A stretch of 64,000 nucleotides of DNA from Octopus bimaculoides (taxonomy: Eukaryota): the NCBI RefSeq assembly GCF_001194135.2, contig NC_069002.1, forward strand, positions 22,467,695-22,531,694, given 5' to 3'. Made by a program: the position numbers and the translations under genes. Positions 1 through 10,325 of this stretch are shown here, one piece after another; within the stretch, counting starts at the first letter, position 1, and every line of letters begins with the position of its first letter. The notes under the pieces were generated by a model. The model searched no databases. It saw only the letters and a list, made by a program, of their open reading frames with translations, and was not told the origin of the DNA.

Positions 1-1000
1 ATTCCATTTATGCACAACAGATTAGACTGTTGGAAAAAATTGCAAACAAGTAACCTTAGATGCCAAGAACTTTCCCAAGTATCCTAGATGTCCCTAATAA
101 CAGTTTTATGGAGCTGCACTAAACTAGGTCTTATGCCTATTTCTTCTTATCCATCAATTCAAATCTTTAGGAATAGTTCTTAATGCACCTACCTACAGGA
201 ATACATTTTACCCACAGTTTCTCTTAGTAAGCACTTCCCTTTACTGGTTGTCCTTAATGACAATATCTGGTCACTTAGCCTTCATCACCTGTCTGTATGT
301 ATTGCCATGTATGTTACATAGTATAACCATTTACTCTTTTCCTCAGATCATTTCCAGTGTATATTTATGGCATCTCTTTTTCTGGTAGTATTTTATTATT
401 CTAACACAATCTTCAGTCTCAGTCTGATGCATCTATAATATTCCTTCTAAATCTTCTTGTTCATCTATTTGTGTGTTGCAAACTGTTTAGTTGATTTTTA
501 AATATTTGTATGTCTGTCTGTAGTCTAATTCTCTTATCTCATTTCTTTATCTAATATGATATTAATTTTCTTTCCTTTTTGTCTATTCGGCCTTGACACA
601 TTTTTTTCTTATCTAAATCTCAAATCAGTTTCTTTAACAAATCCATGTACTATCCACAGTAGCAGTTCTATTTGTTTAAAACCTGAGGTGGATTATCTTT
701 TCATGGCATTACATCCAACTCCAGTTCTAGAAGTTAAAGGCGTCACTGCCAGGCAGAAAAGGAAGACTCTTCTTTTGGAAATTCCATTCTGAATAGAAAT
801 GGGTTTCATTTGGATAACCGCTTTTGTATCTGCAAAATTGATTGCTATTTACTCCTGACATGTTTTATCTATTTTCTTATCATTCAATACTACCTGACTA
901 AAAGACATTTTTTTCAGGATCCATGGATGGAGAACATTAAAAACCTTCTGGTATTCAATCAATGTCCTGCTACATAGACCCAACTCTCTCTCTGTGCAAT
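1..1000 (-). mobile_element. Highly decayed Dong/R4-type non-LTR retrotransposon remnant
   Basis: Minus-strand fragments resemble the PDIVIKD restriction-like endonuclease motif (~250-275), VGALRTIPK (~165-195) and a degenerate RT segment (~730-830); many stops. Confidence 0.5.
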
Positions 1001-3759
1001 CTTCACATATAGCTAGTTTAATCAATAATTGATCTTTACAACAGCCATATCAGCCTCTGAAGCATCCTTTCTACTCTTCTGGAAACAGTTTACCCCATAT
1101 TTTTTTTTTACTGTATGTGGGCTATTTCTGTTCCTGTTATGGCTAGCCACAATTTTTCATATACTGTGTTCATTGTTTTGACCAATTGGTCATTATTGTT
1201 ATTATTATTATTATTACTACTATTACAGACTTTATGGCAGTGTTTCACTTGACTAATATCTTTGGGAAAGGCATGAATGTGGCATTATCTCACATTTCTC
1301 CACAATATGATTTATATCATATTCAATTCATAATACCCATGTATGTGTTTAAAATCTCAAAAGACCAGGATCAATGCCTCAACATCACAGTCCCACCCTC
1401 CTACACACACACACACACACACACCCAGTGCAATTCCATATGTTTCTAGTAGATCTAGAATTAACAACTTAGTATTACTTCAAGTTGATAAAATTAAATA
1501 GAGAAAGACAAGATGTCAAATTGAAGTTTTAGTTATAAATCCTGATGTTCAGAGTTCAAATTCTGCTGCAGACAACTGCATTTTTCTGGGCCTGATAAAG
1601 TAACACACACACAATCTATCTGAAATAAATTTGTAAATTGTGCCAACAACCCTGTGTCTAGCCTTGTTGTGTAATCAGAGCTTGTGCTTCAGCAACAGGA
1701 CCACCAACAACCAGATTGGACGATCAGATTAACGACCCTCAACTTTCATTAAAGCCTTCTAACTACTCGCAAAATCCAGTTGCTTGTATACAACACACAC
1801 ACACACAGAATTAAAAACAGCATTATTATTGTTGTAATAAATAGATGGCATGGTTGGATGGTAATGACAAGATCTGATGAGTCAGACAACCACATTGTGC
1901 TCCAATATCTCAGTTTCAATATAGTTTTTATGGCTGGATGCTCCTTGTGATGGTTCAAGTACAGGGGTTGTTTTAATACAGGTGTTGTGAGAGACATTCT
2001 TAGAGTTAAAAACAAACAAACTCTAGAAAGTTATTTAACAAAGCCTACAACAAAACAAAAAATATATATAAATTTTGCTGTTTTTTTTTTTTTTTAATCA
2101 ATCATAAACATTCATCGTGTATTGCAATTATCTTTGCCTGTGTTTCGCTGATTTAATGTGTTTTTAAAACTGTAATAAATCTAATGATTAGCAATGAAGA
2201 TGTTTAGTTGATTGAAGAAATCTGTAATTTAGGCCATCACAGAATGGCAGAGGAGAGGGGAAAGAAATAGAAAAAGAAAAAGAACCTCATTGAAGATTTA
2301 ACTGTTGAAAATAGAGATTGATTCCAATATGGACAGAGCCACGAAGGAGACGACAAACAAATGCTTGCCTTCAGCAGCAACAGTGTTTCACACAAAATCT
2401 AAATCAAAATCTACAAGAAGTCTTCACTAATAATTGTTGTCATTCAGAGTTACTGCAGCTTAGTGAATAAAGATGCTAAATGCTGTGGATCATCAATCAA
2501 GTTTGCAAGTTCAATCCATCATAATGGTACTAAAGTGGCAGGTGTGTGAAGAAATTTCTTTAACCAATTGAATTATTACAGGTGTAAAAATTAATATAAT
2601 ATACACTTTAATGGTCTTCATCACATCAAAATCTCTTTTTCATTTTTGAAATCCTTGTTATTATTATTATTATTATTACTATTATTATTATTATTATAAA
2701 CATTTATTGTTATAAAAGTAATTATTATTACGGTGGAATGGCACAATCATCACAACTATCTTACAGTATCAATTCCAGCTCTTTACATTCAGAGTTCAAA
2801 TTCCACAGGGTTCATCTTTAGATTTCATCCTCTCAAGGTTAATAAAACAAAGTACATTCTGCTTAGATTAGAAATTACCATTAATCTTTGACAAGCTGAC
2901 AGAACTGTTAAATGTTTTCCGGCATTTCTTCTGAGTTCAACTTCTGTCAAGGTTGACTTTACCTTTCATCCTTTCGGGGTCGATAAAATAAGTACCAGTG
3001 AAACACTGGGATCAATGTAATCCCTTACCCCCTCCCCCATGCCAAAACTTGAAACAGTTATTATTACTATTATTATTATTAGTAGTAGCATTTTTATCAT
3101 TATATCTTCATATTCAAACCTTACACTGGATTAAATGATACAATGTTTACTTTCATTTATAGCAATTCCCACTCTTAATTTTAGCAGGTCAACATCAACA
3201 TATAAAATGCTAGTCTCTATTATTAGAAAACATATTCCTTGTCAATACAAGAAACTGTTTTCTCAGTCTTTTCAAATTTGGAGCTTGTTCTAAGTTGAGA
3301 TGATGCTAGGCAGCTGAAGGAGCTTTACCCAAAGAATACAGTACTAAGCTGTTACAGCTGCAATTCCTCCAGAAATTACAAGGGCAACATTTGAACTCAA
3401 AAGCTACTACCTACTGAACTGCTGTAGCAAACTTACAGTAATTTCAACACTTCACACTCATGTTTCCATCCTCTCATCAATAAATTTCATTACTTGATTG
3501 CATCAGTGCTAAGGAGACAAGAAGACAAAACCTGGTCTTTGAACAACGGAATTATACTCTGCAGACATTTTACTGTTAGGTTTCAATTCCAACACTTTGC
3601 TTCTAACATGGAAAATAATTATTATCTTGTCACCCACAATCACTCCATTTTCTTTATCTGTAATTGCCCTTTCTTCAAAGCATTGTGTTGGTAACATTGC
3701 TCTGAATGAAGTAAGGAGTGGTGATGCGTATTTTGTCTTGTGGCTTACAAAACAACTTC

Positions 3760-4070
3760 ACCAGAGTCAGTGGCACTGATGGTTATGATAAAGGTTCCAG
3801 ATGATCTGATCAATAGAACAGCCTGCAAGTGGCTGAGTACTCCACGGACGTGCATATCCTTAATGTAATCAAGGAGATTCGGGATAATATAGAATGTGAC
3901 AAGGGTGGGTCTTTGAATCATAGGTACGATTCAATTTTGCCAGCTGATTGGACTAGGGCAACATGAAATAAAGTGTCTTACTCAAGAACGCAATACACTG
4001 CCAGGTCTTGAACTCGTGACCTTATGATCATGAGCTGAATGCCCTAACCACTGAGTCATGCACCCTCATG
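3760..4070 (-). mobile_element. Decayed tRNA-headed SINE related to the copy at 38891
   Basis: Reverse complement resembles the 3' tail (gagtactcagccacttgca, gttccagatgatc) and the tRNA-like head (tcagtggttagggc). Confidence 0.55.
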
Positions 4071-4781
4071 AAGTGGTCAGTAAATGCACTAAGACAAAAG
4101 AGAAAGGATTGTGAAAAATCTTTAGTCTTGACCTGTTGAAAAGAGGATAACCTCTGCAGAGCTTGTACAATGGACACCCAGCAGACTGCATGAAGTGGTC
4201 AGTGACTGGAAGGGCATCGATCTGTATAATTCATGCCAAAAACTAGAACAAATAAGAGTCCGACATGGTTCAGAATAAGAACTTACACCATAATGACCTG
4301 TCCAACTCATGCCAGCAGGGAAAACAAACATATGAAATAATGATGTCAGTTTCCAGATGAAAGCAGAGAGGGTTATAAAGGGTGGATCGATGTTTAGGGC
4401 AAAGGATAACATCAATGAAGATCTTGTCAAGGACTGAAAATAGAAACATGCCAAGCCCACAACATCATGGTTGCACATGGCTGAGGAGGATTGCAGGGTA
4501 GCAAAGCTTCAGTCAAGAGTGACAGCTAGAATTGGCAGTCAGACTTGTTAACCTGTGTCAGATTGTATTGGCACCAAGCCATTAATTACTGATTTCTTCC
4601 AACTGCATTCAAGGTCAGTCAAAGATATCAAAACTCCAGTTTATCAATGGGATTTAGCTATTCAACCCTGAATGGGGGACCTGCAGTGTAAGTAAGATTT
4701 GATTAGATTCAAAGAGGGCAATAATTATTTTAAGGCTTTTATCCAACACTCTGCTGTTGCTATCTGCAATCTCAAACTACT

Positions 4782-4829
<48 letters not shown>

Positions 4830-4844
<15 letters not shown>

Positions 4845-5450
4845 ATTCTTTCTAGTTATTGGCATAAGGCCAGCAATTTTGAGGAGAGGGAGCAAGTCAA
4901 CAACTCCACCACGCACACTGCCCACTGTTCAACTGATACTCATTTCATCAACCACAAAAAAAAAAAAAAAACGAAAGGCTAAGTTGATGTTGATAGAATT
5001 TGAACTCAGGACATAAAAAGTCAGAAGAAATGCTGCTAAGCGTTTTGTCCAATGTGCAAACGATTCTGCCAGCTCACCATTTTCATAATAATATAACCCT
5101 TTTTACTATAGGAAGAAGGCCTGAAACTATTAAGGGGGTAGTTGATTACATTAACCCAGTGGCAGAATTTGAACTCAGAATGTAATGGGTGAAATACCAC
5201 TAAGCATTTTGTCCAAAGTGCTAACTATTCTGCCAGCTAATAATAATAATAATAATAATACTTTTTATTATAGGCACAAAGCCTGAAATTTTGTGGGGAG
5301 GAGGATAGTTGATTACATCAACTCCAAAAGGACAAAAGGCAGGGTTGACCCCAGTAGGATTTGAACTCAGAACATAAAGAGCCAGAAGGAATGCTACTGA
5401 ATATTTCGCCCAATGTGCTAACGATCCTGCCAGCTCACCACCACAACAAC

Positions 5451-5480
<30 letters not shown>
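4830..5480 (-). mobile_element. Cluster of about three tandem SINE copies (Meta-domain-like body) separated by (AAT)n
   Basis: Repeated blocks gaatttgaactcagaa...atgc(t/c)(g/a)ctaagc...ttctgccagctc, the same family as at 15540, 21640, 29890, 30650 and 41625. Confidence 0.8.
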
Positions 5481-5485
<5 letters not shown>

Positions 5486-5534
5486 CAACAACAACAACAA
5501 GGGTGTTAAGCATTAACAACGAAACCATCTTTTG

Positions 5535-5567
<33 letters not shown>

Positions 5568-5680
5568 ATGTGTGTGTGCGTGCATGCGTGTGAAGTGGCA
5601 CCTGATGTTTTGACTTTGCAGAGAGCTGGAGTGAGTTGGAGGAGTTAAGACAAGAGAACTCATTAGAAACTACTTCATAC

Positions 5681-5798
5681 CTTAATAAGCATTAAGATGT
5701 TTGCTGCTGTGTAAACAGTGAGACATAAGGAGACAAGGGTTAGAAACACCCCCAAGCCAGGATGACTACCAAAAACCGACAGGGAAATGAACCAGCCG
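5681..5798 (-). CDS. SCAMP: SCAMP TM4 exon variant B (alternative, mutually exclusive candidate): GWFISLSVFGSHPGLGVFLTLVSLCLTVYTAANILMLIK
   Basis: Acceptor gatttctttttctag|C, donor AAG|gtatga; 118 nt, phase 2/0, open frame. Starts with GW, has Gly at position 16, a hydrophobic helix and terminal Lys, like variant A and SCAMP1. Not in the ORF track. Confidence 0.88.
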
Positions 5799-7098
5799 CT
5801 AGAAAAAGAAATCCACAAATGTAGCAGTTTTGTTTATTTGTTATTTTTTCTTTTTAAAAAAATTTACTAAAATAAATAATAATAATAATAATAATAGGAG
5901 ACAACGAAGATTCAAATATTTCATTCCTTTGTTGCTGAGACATAAAAATAAAAGAAAAATAATTTATTAGAAGAGAGAGAAATAAAGAAAGAAAAATAAA
6001 GGTAAAAATAAAAATGAAAATTTCAAAAGTGTTTATGACAAATGTGAAAAAGTTACTAACAAGGGAGAGAAAAATATATAATTAGTAAAATAATAAAGAA
6101 AAATCGATTAAGTAGAGGTGAATGAGAAGTGTTTCTTTTTAATAAAAAAAAAAGCACATAAACAAAAGCATGCCACAAACAGGACTCCAAATAGTAATAG
6201 TAGTTAATGTTTTGCGTTCCATCTTCAGCTACTTTTGTATTGCAGTCCATAACCCCATAAACACAACTTGCTCTGCACTATCGACCCCTTTGCCACTAAG
6301 AAAAACACCCCACCACCATCACAGGTATTTCTTAGCAGAGAAGATTGATCGATTGGTTCTTAAACAAGGTAAGTAAAATAAGGTGAGAGGATTTGAATTT
6401 TAAAAAAGAAAAAAATTTTTTTTGTTTCTTTCAATTTATCAATATTTTGAAACGGGATCATGGAAAGAGGGTGGAGAGGAGGGGAGGTCAGTTCCAACAT
6501 TTGTTTTGCTCACCAGAAACAAAGAATTTGTAGTAAACGTAGAACTCGAACTTTTCCATTTGATTGCACAACTGGAAAGCGAAAGACGAAGGATGACAGC
6601 AGTTTTACTGCTTTAAAGACACAGTGGCATTATTTTTATTGCTTCTGTAATTCACTGTGACAATTTTAGAAATATTTCATCTAGAGCAAGTTGTACATGA
6701 AGGACCAAATAATAAAACAAACCCGCACAGAGTTAAGAAATATTTACAGCCCCTGTTCAGCAAAGCAGGAAAAAAAAAAATGGATTATTATTATTATTTT
6801 TATTACTAAACAATAATAAAAAACCAAAGAAGAAACAATGCATAAGACTGCAAGACATACAGTAGATAATAATTTTGAGGATGGAAGGGGGGCGGTCACG
6901 TGGACAGTCACGAGGGATGACGGTTCATGGGAGTGTAAATATGGTTATGGTAGCAGGAAGCGGTTATTACAAGGTTATTCATAAACTATATTAATGTTAA
7001 AGAACGACAAACAAAATAAATCAGAAGCAATGAACAAGGGGAGAGAACCCTGCAGGGAACGGGTATAGGTGCAACACACAAAAAGAAACAAACTGTAC

Positions 7099-7216
7099 CT
7101 TGACAAGTAGTACAAATGTAAATACAGAAATGAAAATAAAAAATATTCCAATAAATATCATGATGAGTCCGACGGCTATTTGTGAATTGACTGCTGTTAT
7201 ACCACTCAACAAACCA
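7099..7216 (-). CDS. SCAMP: SCAMP TM4 exon variant A: GLLSGITAVNSQIAVGLIMIFIGIFFIFISVFTFVLLVK
   Basis: Acceptor ttgcttatacttgcag|T, donor AAG|gtacag; 118 nt, phase 2/0. Aligns without gaps to the recalled SCAMP1 segment [22 protein letters not shown]...VMFKK. Inside supplied ORF 7021..7323. Confidence 0.9.
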
Positions 7217-7496
7217 CTGCAAGTATAAGCAAACAGTGAAACAAACAATGCTTTCTCATTTTTTGGTGTTGTATATGCTAAAATGAAGAGGATGATGAAG
7301 ACGATGGTGATGGTGGTAGACAATTGTTTCCCCTCAAAACAGTAATTTTTTTTTTAAAGGGCACATTGAAAAATGTAGTCTTAGATATACTATCTCACTA
7401 AAGTCAGAATGTGACAAACTAATGACATTAATAATAATAATGGTAATAATAATAATAAGTTAATGCATGTGCATATCTGGATGCATCACATAAATA

Positions 7497-7560
7497 TGTG
7501 CTTCGTCCAACCCATGCTAGCATGGAAAGTGGACGTTAAACGATGATGATGATGATGATG
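7497..7560 (+). mobile_element. Very short RTE-LINE 3' tail with (GAT)n
   Basis: cgtccaacccatgctagcatggaaagtggacgttaaacgatgatgatg matches the tail of the RT-bearing copy at 51107-53560. Confidence 0.85.
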
Positions 7561-7567
7561 ATATATG

Positions 7568-7771
7568 TATATTTATATAAGGGCATTACTATAGAAGAAT
7601 GCCTCATGCTAAACTACCATAATAAACACATTTTCACTGAACTCGAGGAAATGCAACTCTTGAGGCCAATTTTTGAGAGTTGCATTTCCTCGAGTTTAGT
7701 AAAAAAAATGTGTTTATTATGGTAGTTTAGCATGAGGCATTCTTCTATAGTAATGCCCTTAAATAAATATA
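7568..7771. repeat. Near-perfect foldback inverted repeat, arms 7568-7660 and 7676-7771, 15-nt loop
   Basis: aagggcattactatagaagaatgcctcatgctaaactaccataataaacaca...gaggaaatgcaactct recurs as its reverse complement. ORFs 7543(+) and 7614(-) translate to nearly the same peptide. Confidence 0.95.
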
Positions 7772-7784
7772 AATAAATATATTC

Positions 7785-7929
7785 TAGGAAGGGCATCCAG
7801 CTGTAGAAACTCTGCCAAATCAGACTGGAGCCTGGTGTTGCCATCCGGTTTCACCAGTCCTCAGTCAAATCGTCCAACCCATGCTAGCATGGAAAGCGGA
7901 CGTTAAACGATGATGATGATGATGATGAT
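7785..7929 (+). mobile_element. RTE-LINE 3' end fragment with (GAT)n tail
   Basis: taggaagggcatccagctgtagaaactctgcc...ggaaagcggacgttaaacgatgatg. Confidence 0.9.
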
Positions 7930-7957
7930 GAATAATGATGGATTTTTNNNNNNNNNN

Positions 7958-7994
<37 letters not shown>

Positions 7995-9115
7995 GAAGAT
8001 TTCACTGTAATTGTTAGTTTCAATATCATGGGAGCCAAAGTAGAGATTCTCCTACTGATATCATTTCTTTCTCTCTCTCTCTCTCTTATAAATAGATAGA
8101 TAGATAGGTAGGTAGGTAGACAGATAGGTAGATAGATATCACCAGGATAATATATCCCTTTAAACTCATTTTTGTGATATATATACATCATCATCATTGT
8201 TTATATATGTATGTACATACCTATGTATGCATGTGTGTGTGTGTGTATGTGTGTGGAATAAATAACATGCATACACACAGAGTGAGCAAGTGAGGTAAGA
8301 GAACCTCTACTTTGGCCCATGTCCTACTGAAAGCACAAACGAGATAGTTTAATTGTTCACAAACAGATTCTTTCTTGCTCATAATTCTTGACTCGTAAAG
8401 AGTTCAAAATGCACACACACACACACACACAAAAAAAAACTTTATGAAACAAAAATAACAGTTCAGTAAAAAGAAAAACATTTTACAGGGGTAAGTAATT
8501 AACAATTCTTTGAAGATGTTTCTCTTTGCATATGCTTCAAAGAGCAGCTATTTCCTAAGTAATGTGTGCGTATATACACACAAGCTAATCTGAATTTGTA
8601 TGAAATAAGTAGATAGAACTCAATACAATTTAGAGTTATATTATTATTAGATACTGCTAACAGGAGAAATGTATTTGCTACTTAAAGTTCCACCAGTTGA
8701 AGAGCATAATAATGTTGTGGATTATCATACATAAAAAGGAAAAATCATTCAGACAAATAATACATTCACTCTACATCTCAATCTTACAAGACTGCCATTA
8801 TAGTAGATAAAAAGGGAAATAACTTATGGCTGATTTGTTGGGATTCTTTCCCTTGGACCAGTGGTAAGTGATATTTTTTTGGAAGCCATTTATTTTTAGT
8901 GTTGATTAAAATATGAACTAGAAGTTAAAAAGGTGCTGGGGTGGATGGTGATGTAGAGTGTATAAAATGTGAAGATAAAATGTTCTATTTTAATCCTGTA
9001 GGATTTTACTCGGCTTTCATTCATTCGATTTACTAGTTTATGGGTTATGTTTAAATCGAAATAACTAATTTTGAAATTGGTGCAATGAAACAATATGCAT
9101 AAACCAATAAAACTT

Positions 9116-10325
9116 CATCATCATCATCATCGTCGTTTAACGTCCGCTTTCCATGACTGAGGACTGGTGAAACCAGATGGCTACACCAGGCTCCAATCTG
9201 ATTTAGCAGAGTTTCTACAGCTGGATGCCCTTCCTAATGCCAACCATTCTGAGAGTGTAGTAGGTGCTTTTACGTGCCACCGGCACGAAGGCCAGTCAGG
9301 CGACACTGGCAACGACCACGCTCAAAATGGTGTATTTTACGTGCCACCTGCACAGGAGCCAGTTCGGCGGCACTGGCAACGATCTCGCTCGAATGTCTTT
9401 ACACGTGTCATCTGGCACAAGTGCCAGGAAGGCGATGCTGGGTACAGGGGCCATTGACGGTTTNNNNNNNNNNNNNNNNNNNNNNNNNNNNNNNNNNNNN
9501 NNNNNNNNNNNNNNNNNNNNNNNNNNNNNNNNNNNNNNNNNNNNNNNNNNNNNNNNNNNNNNNNNNNNNNNNNNNNNNNNNNNNNNNNNNNNNNNNNNNN
9601 NNNNNNNNNNNNNNNNNNNNNNNNNNNNNNNNNNNNNNNNNNNNNNNNNNNNNNNNNNNNNNNNNNNNNNNNNNNNNNNNNNNNNNNNNNNNNNNNNNNN
9701 NNNNNNNNNNNNNNNNNNNNNNNNNNNNNNNNNNNNNNNNNNNNNNNNNNNNNNNNNNNNNNNNNNNNNNNNNNNNNNNNNNNNNNNNNNNNNNNNNNNN
9801 NNNNNNNNNNNNNNNNNNNNNNNNNNNNNNNNNNNNNNNNNNNNNNNNNNNNNNNNNNNNNNNNNNNNNNNNNNNNNNNNNNNNNNNNNNNNNNNNNNNN
9901 NNNNNNATCCTCATCCATTCTGACCACGTGTCCATACCAGCGCAATCGTCTCTCTTGCACACCACAGCTGATGCTTCATAAGTTCAACTTTTCTCTCAAG
10001 GTATTAACACTCTGTCTAGTATGCACACTGTCATTACACATCCAGCGGAGCATACTGGCTTCATTCCTTCCGAACCTACGCATGTCCTCAGCAGTCACGG
10101 CCCATGTTTCACTGCCATGAAGCATGGCTGTTCGTACACATGCGTCATACAATCTGCCTTTTACTCAGAGAGAGAGACACTTTGTCGCCAGCAGAGGTAA
10201 GAGCTCTCTGAACTTTGCCCAGGCTATTCTTATTCTAGCAGCTACGCTTTCAGCGCACCCACCCCCACTACTAATTTGGTCACCAAGATAGCAGAAGCTA
10301 TCAACCACTTCTAGTTTTTCTCCAA
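9116..10325 (-). mobile_element. 5'-truncated RTE-LINE (RT C-terminus plus 3' UTR), gapped
   Basis: (CAT)n tail at 9116. Peptide QERRLRWYGHVVRMDED and rc of RLYDACVRTAMLHGSETW at ~10100-10160. N gap 9464-9906. Confidence 0.92.

Noticed and set aside
1875-1895. Other CUGAUGA or UGAAGAAG motifs (also ~32747, ~38455, ~47413) as hammerheads
   Set aside because: They lack either the GAAA half of the core or stem II.
4122-4478. Peptide HELYRSM as the missing SCAMP terminal exon (VHxLYRxTG)
   Set aside because: No acceptor in the right phase and no GASFxKA motif; overlaps a decayed RTE-tail-like sequence.
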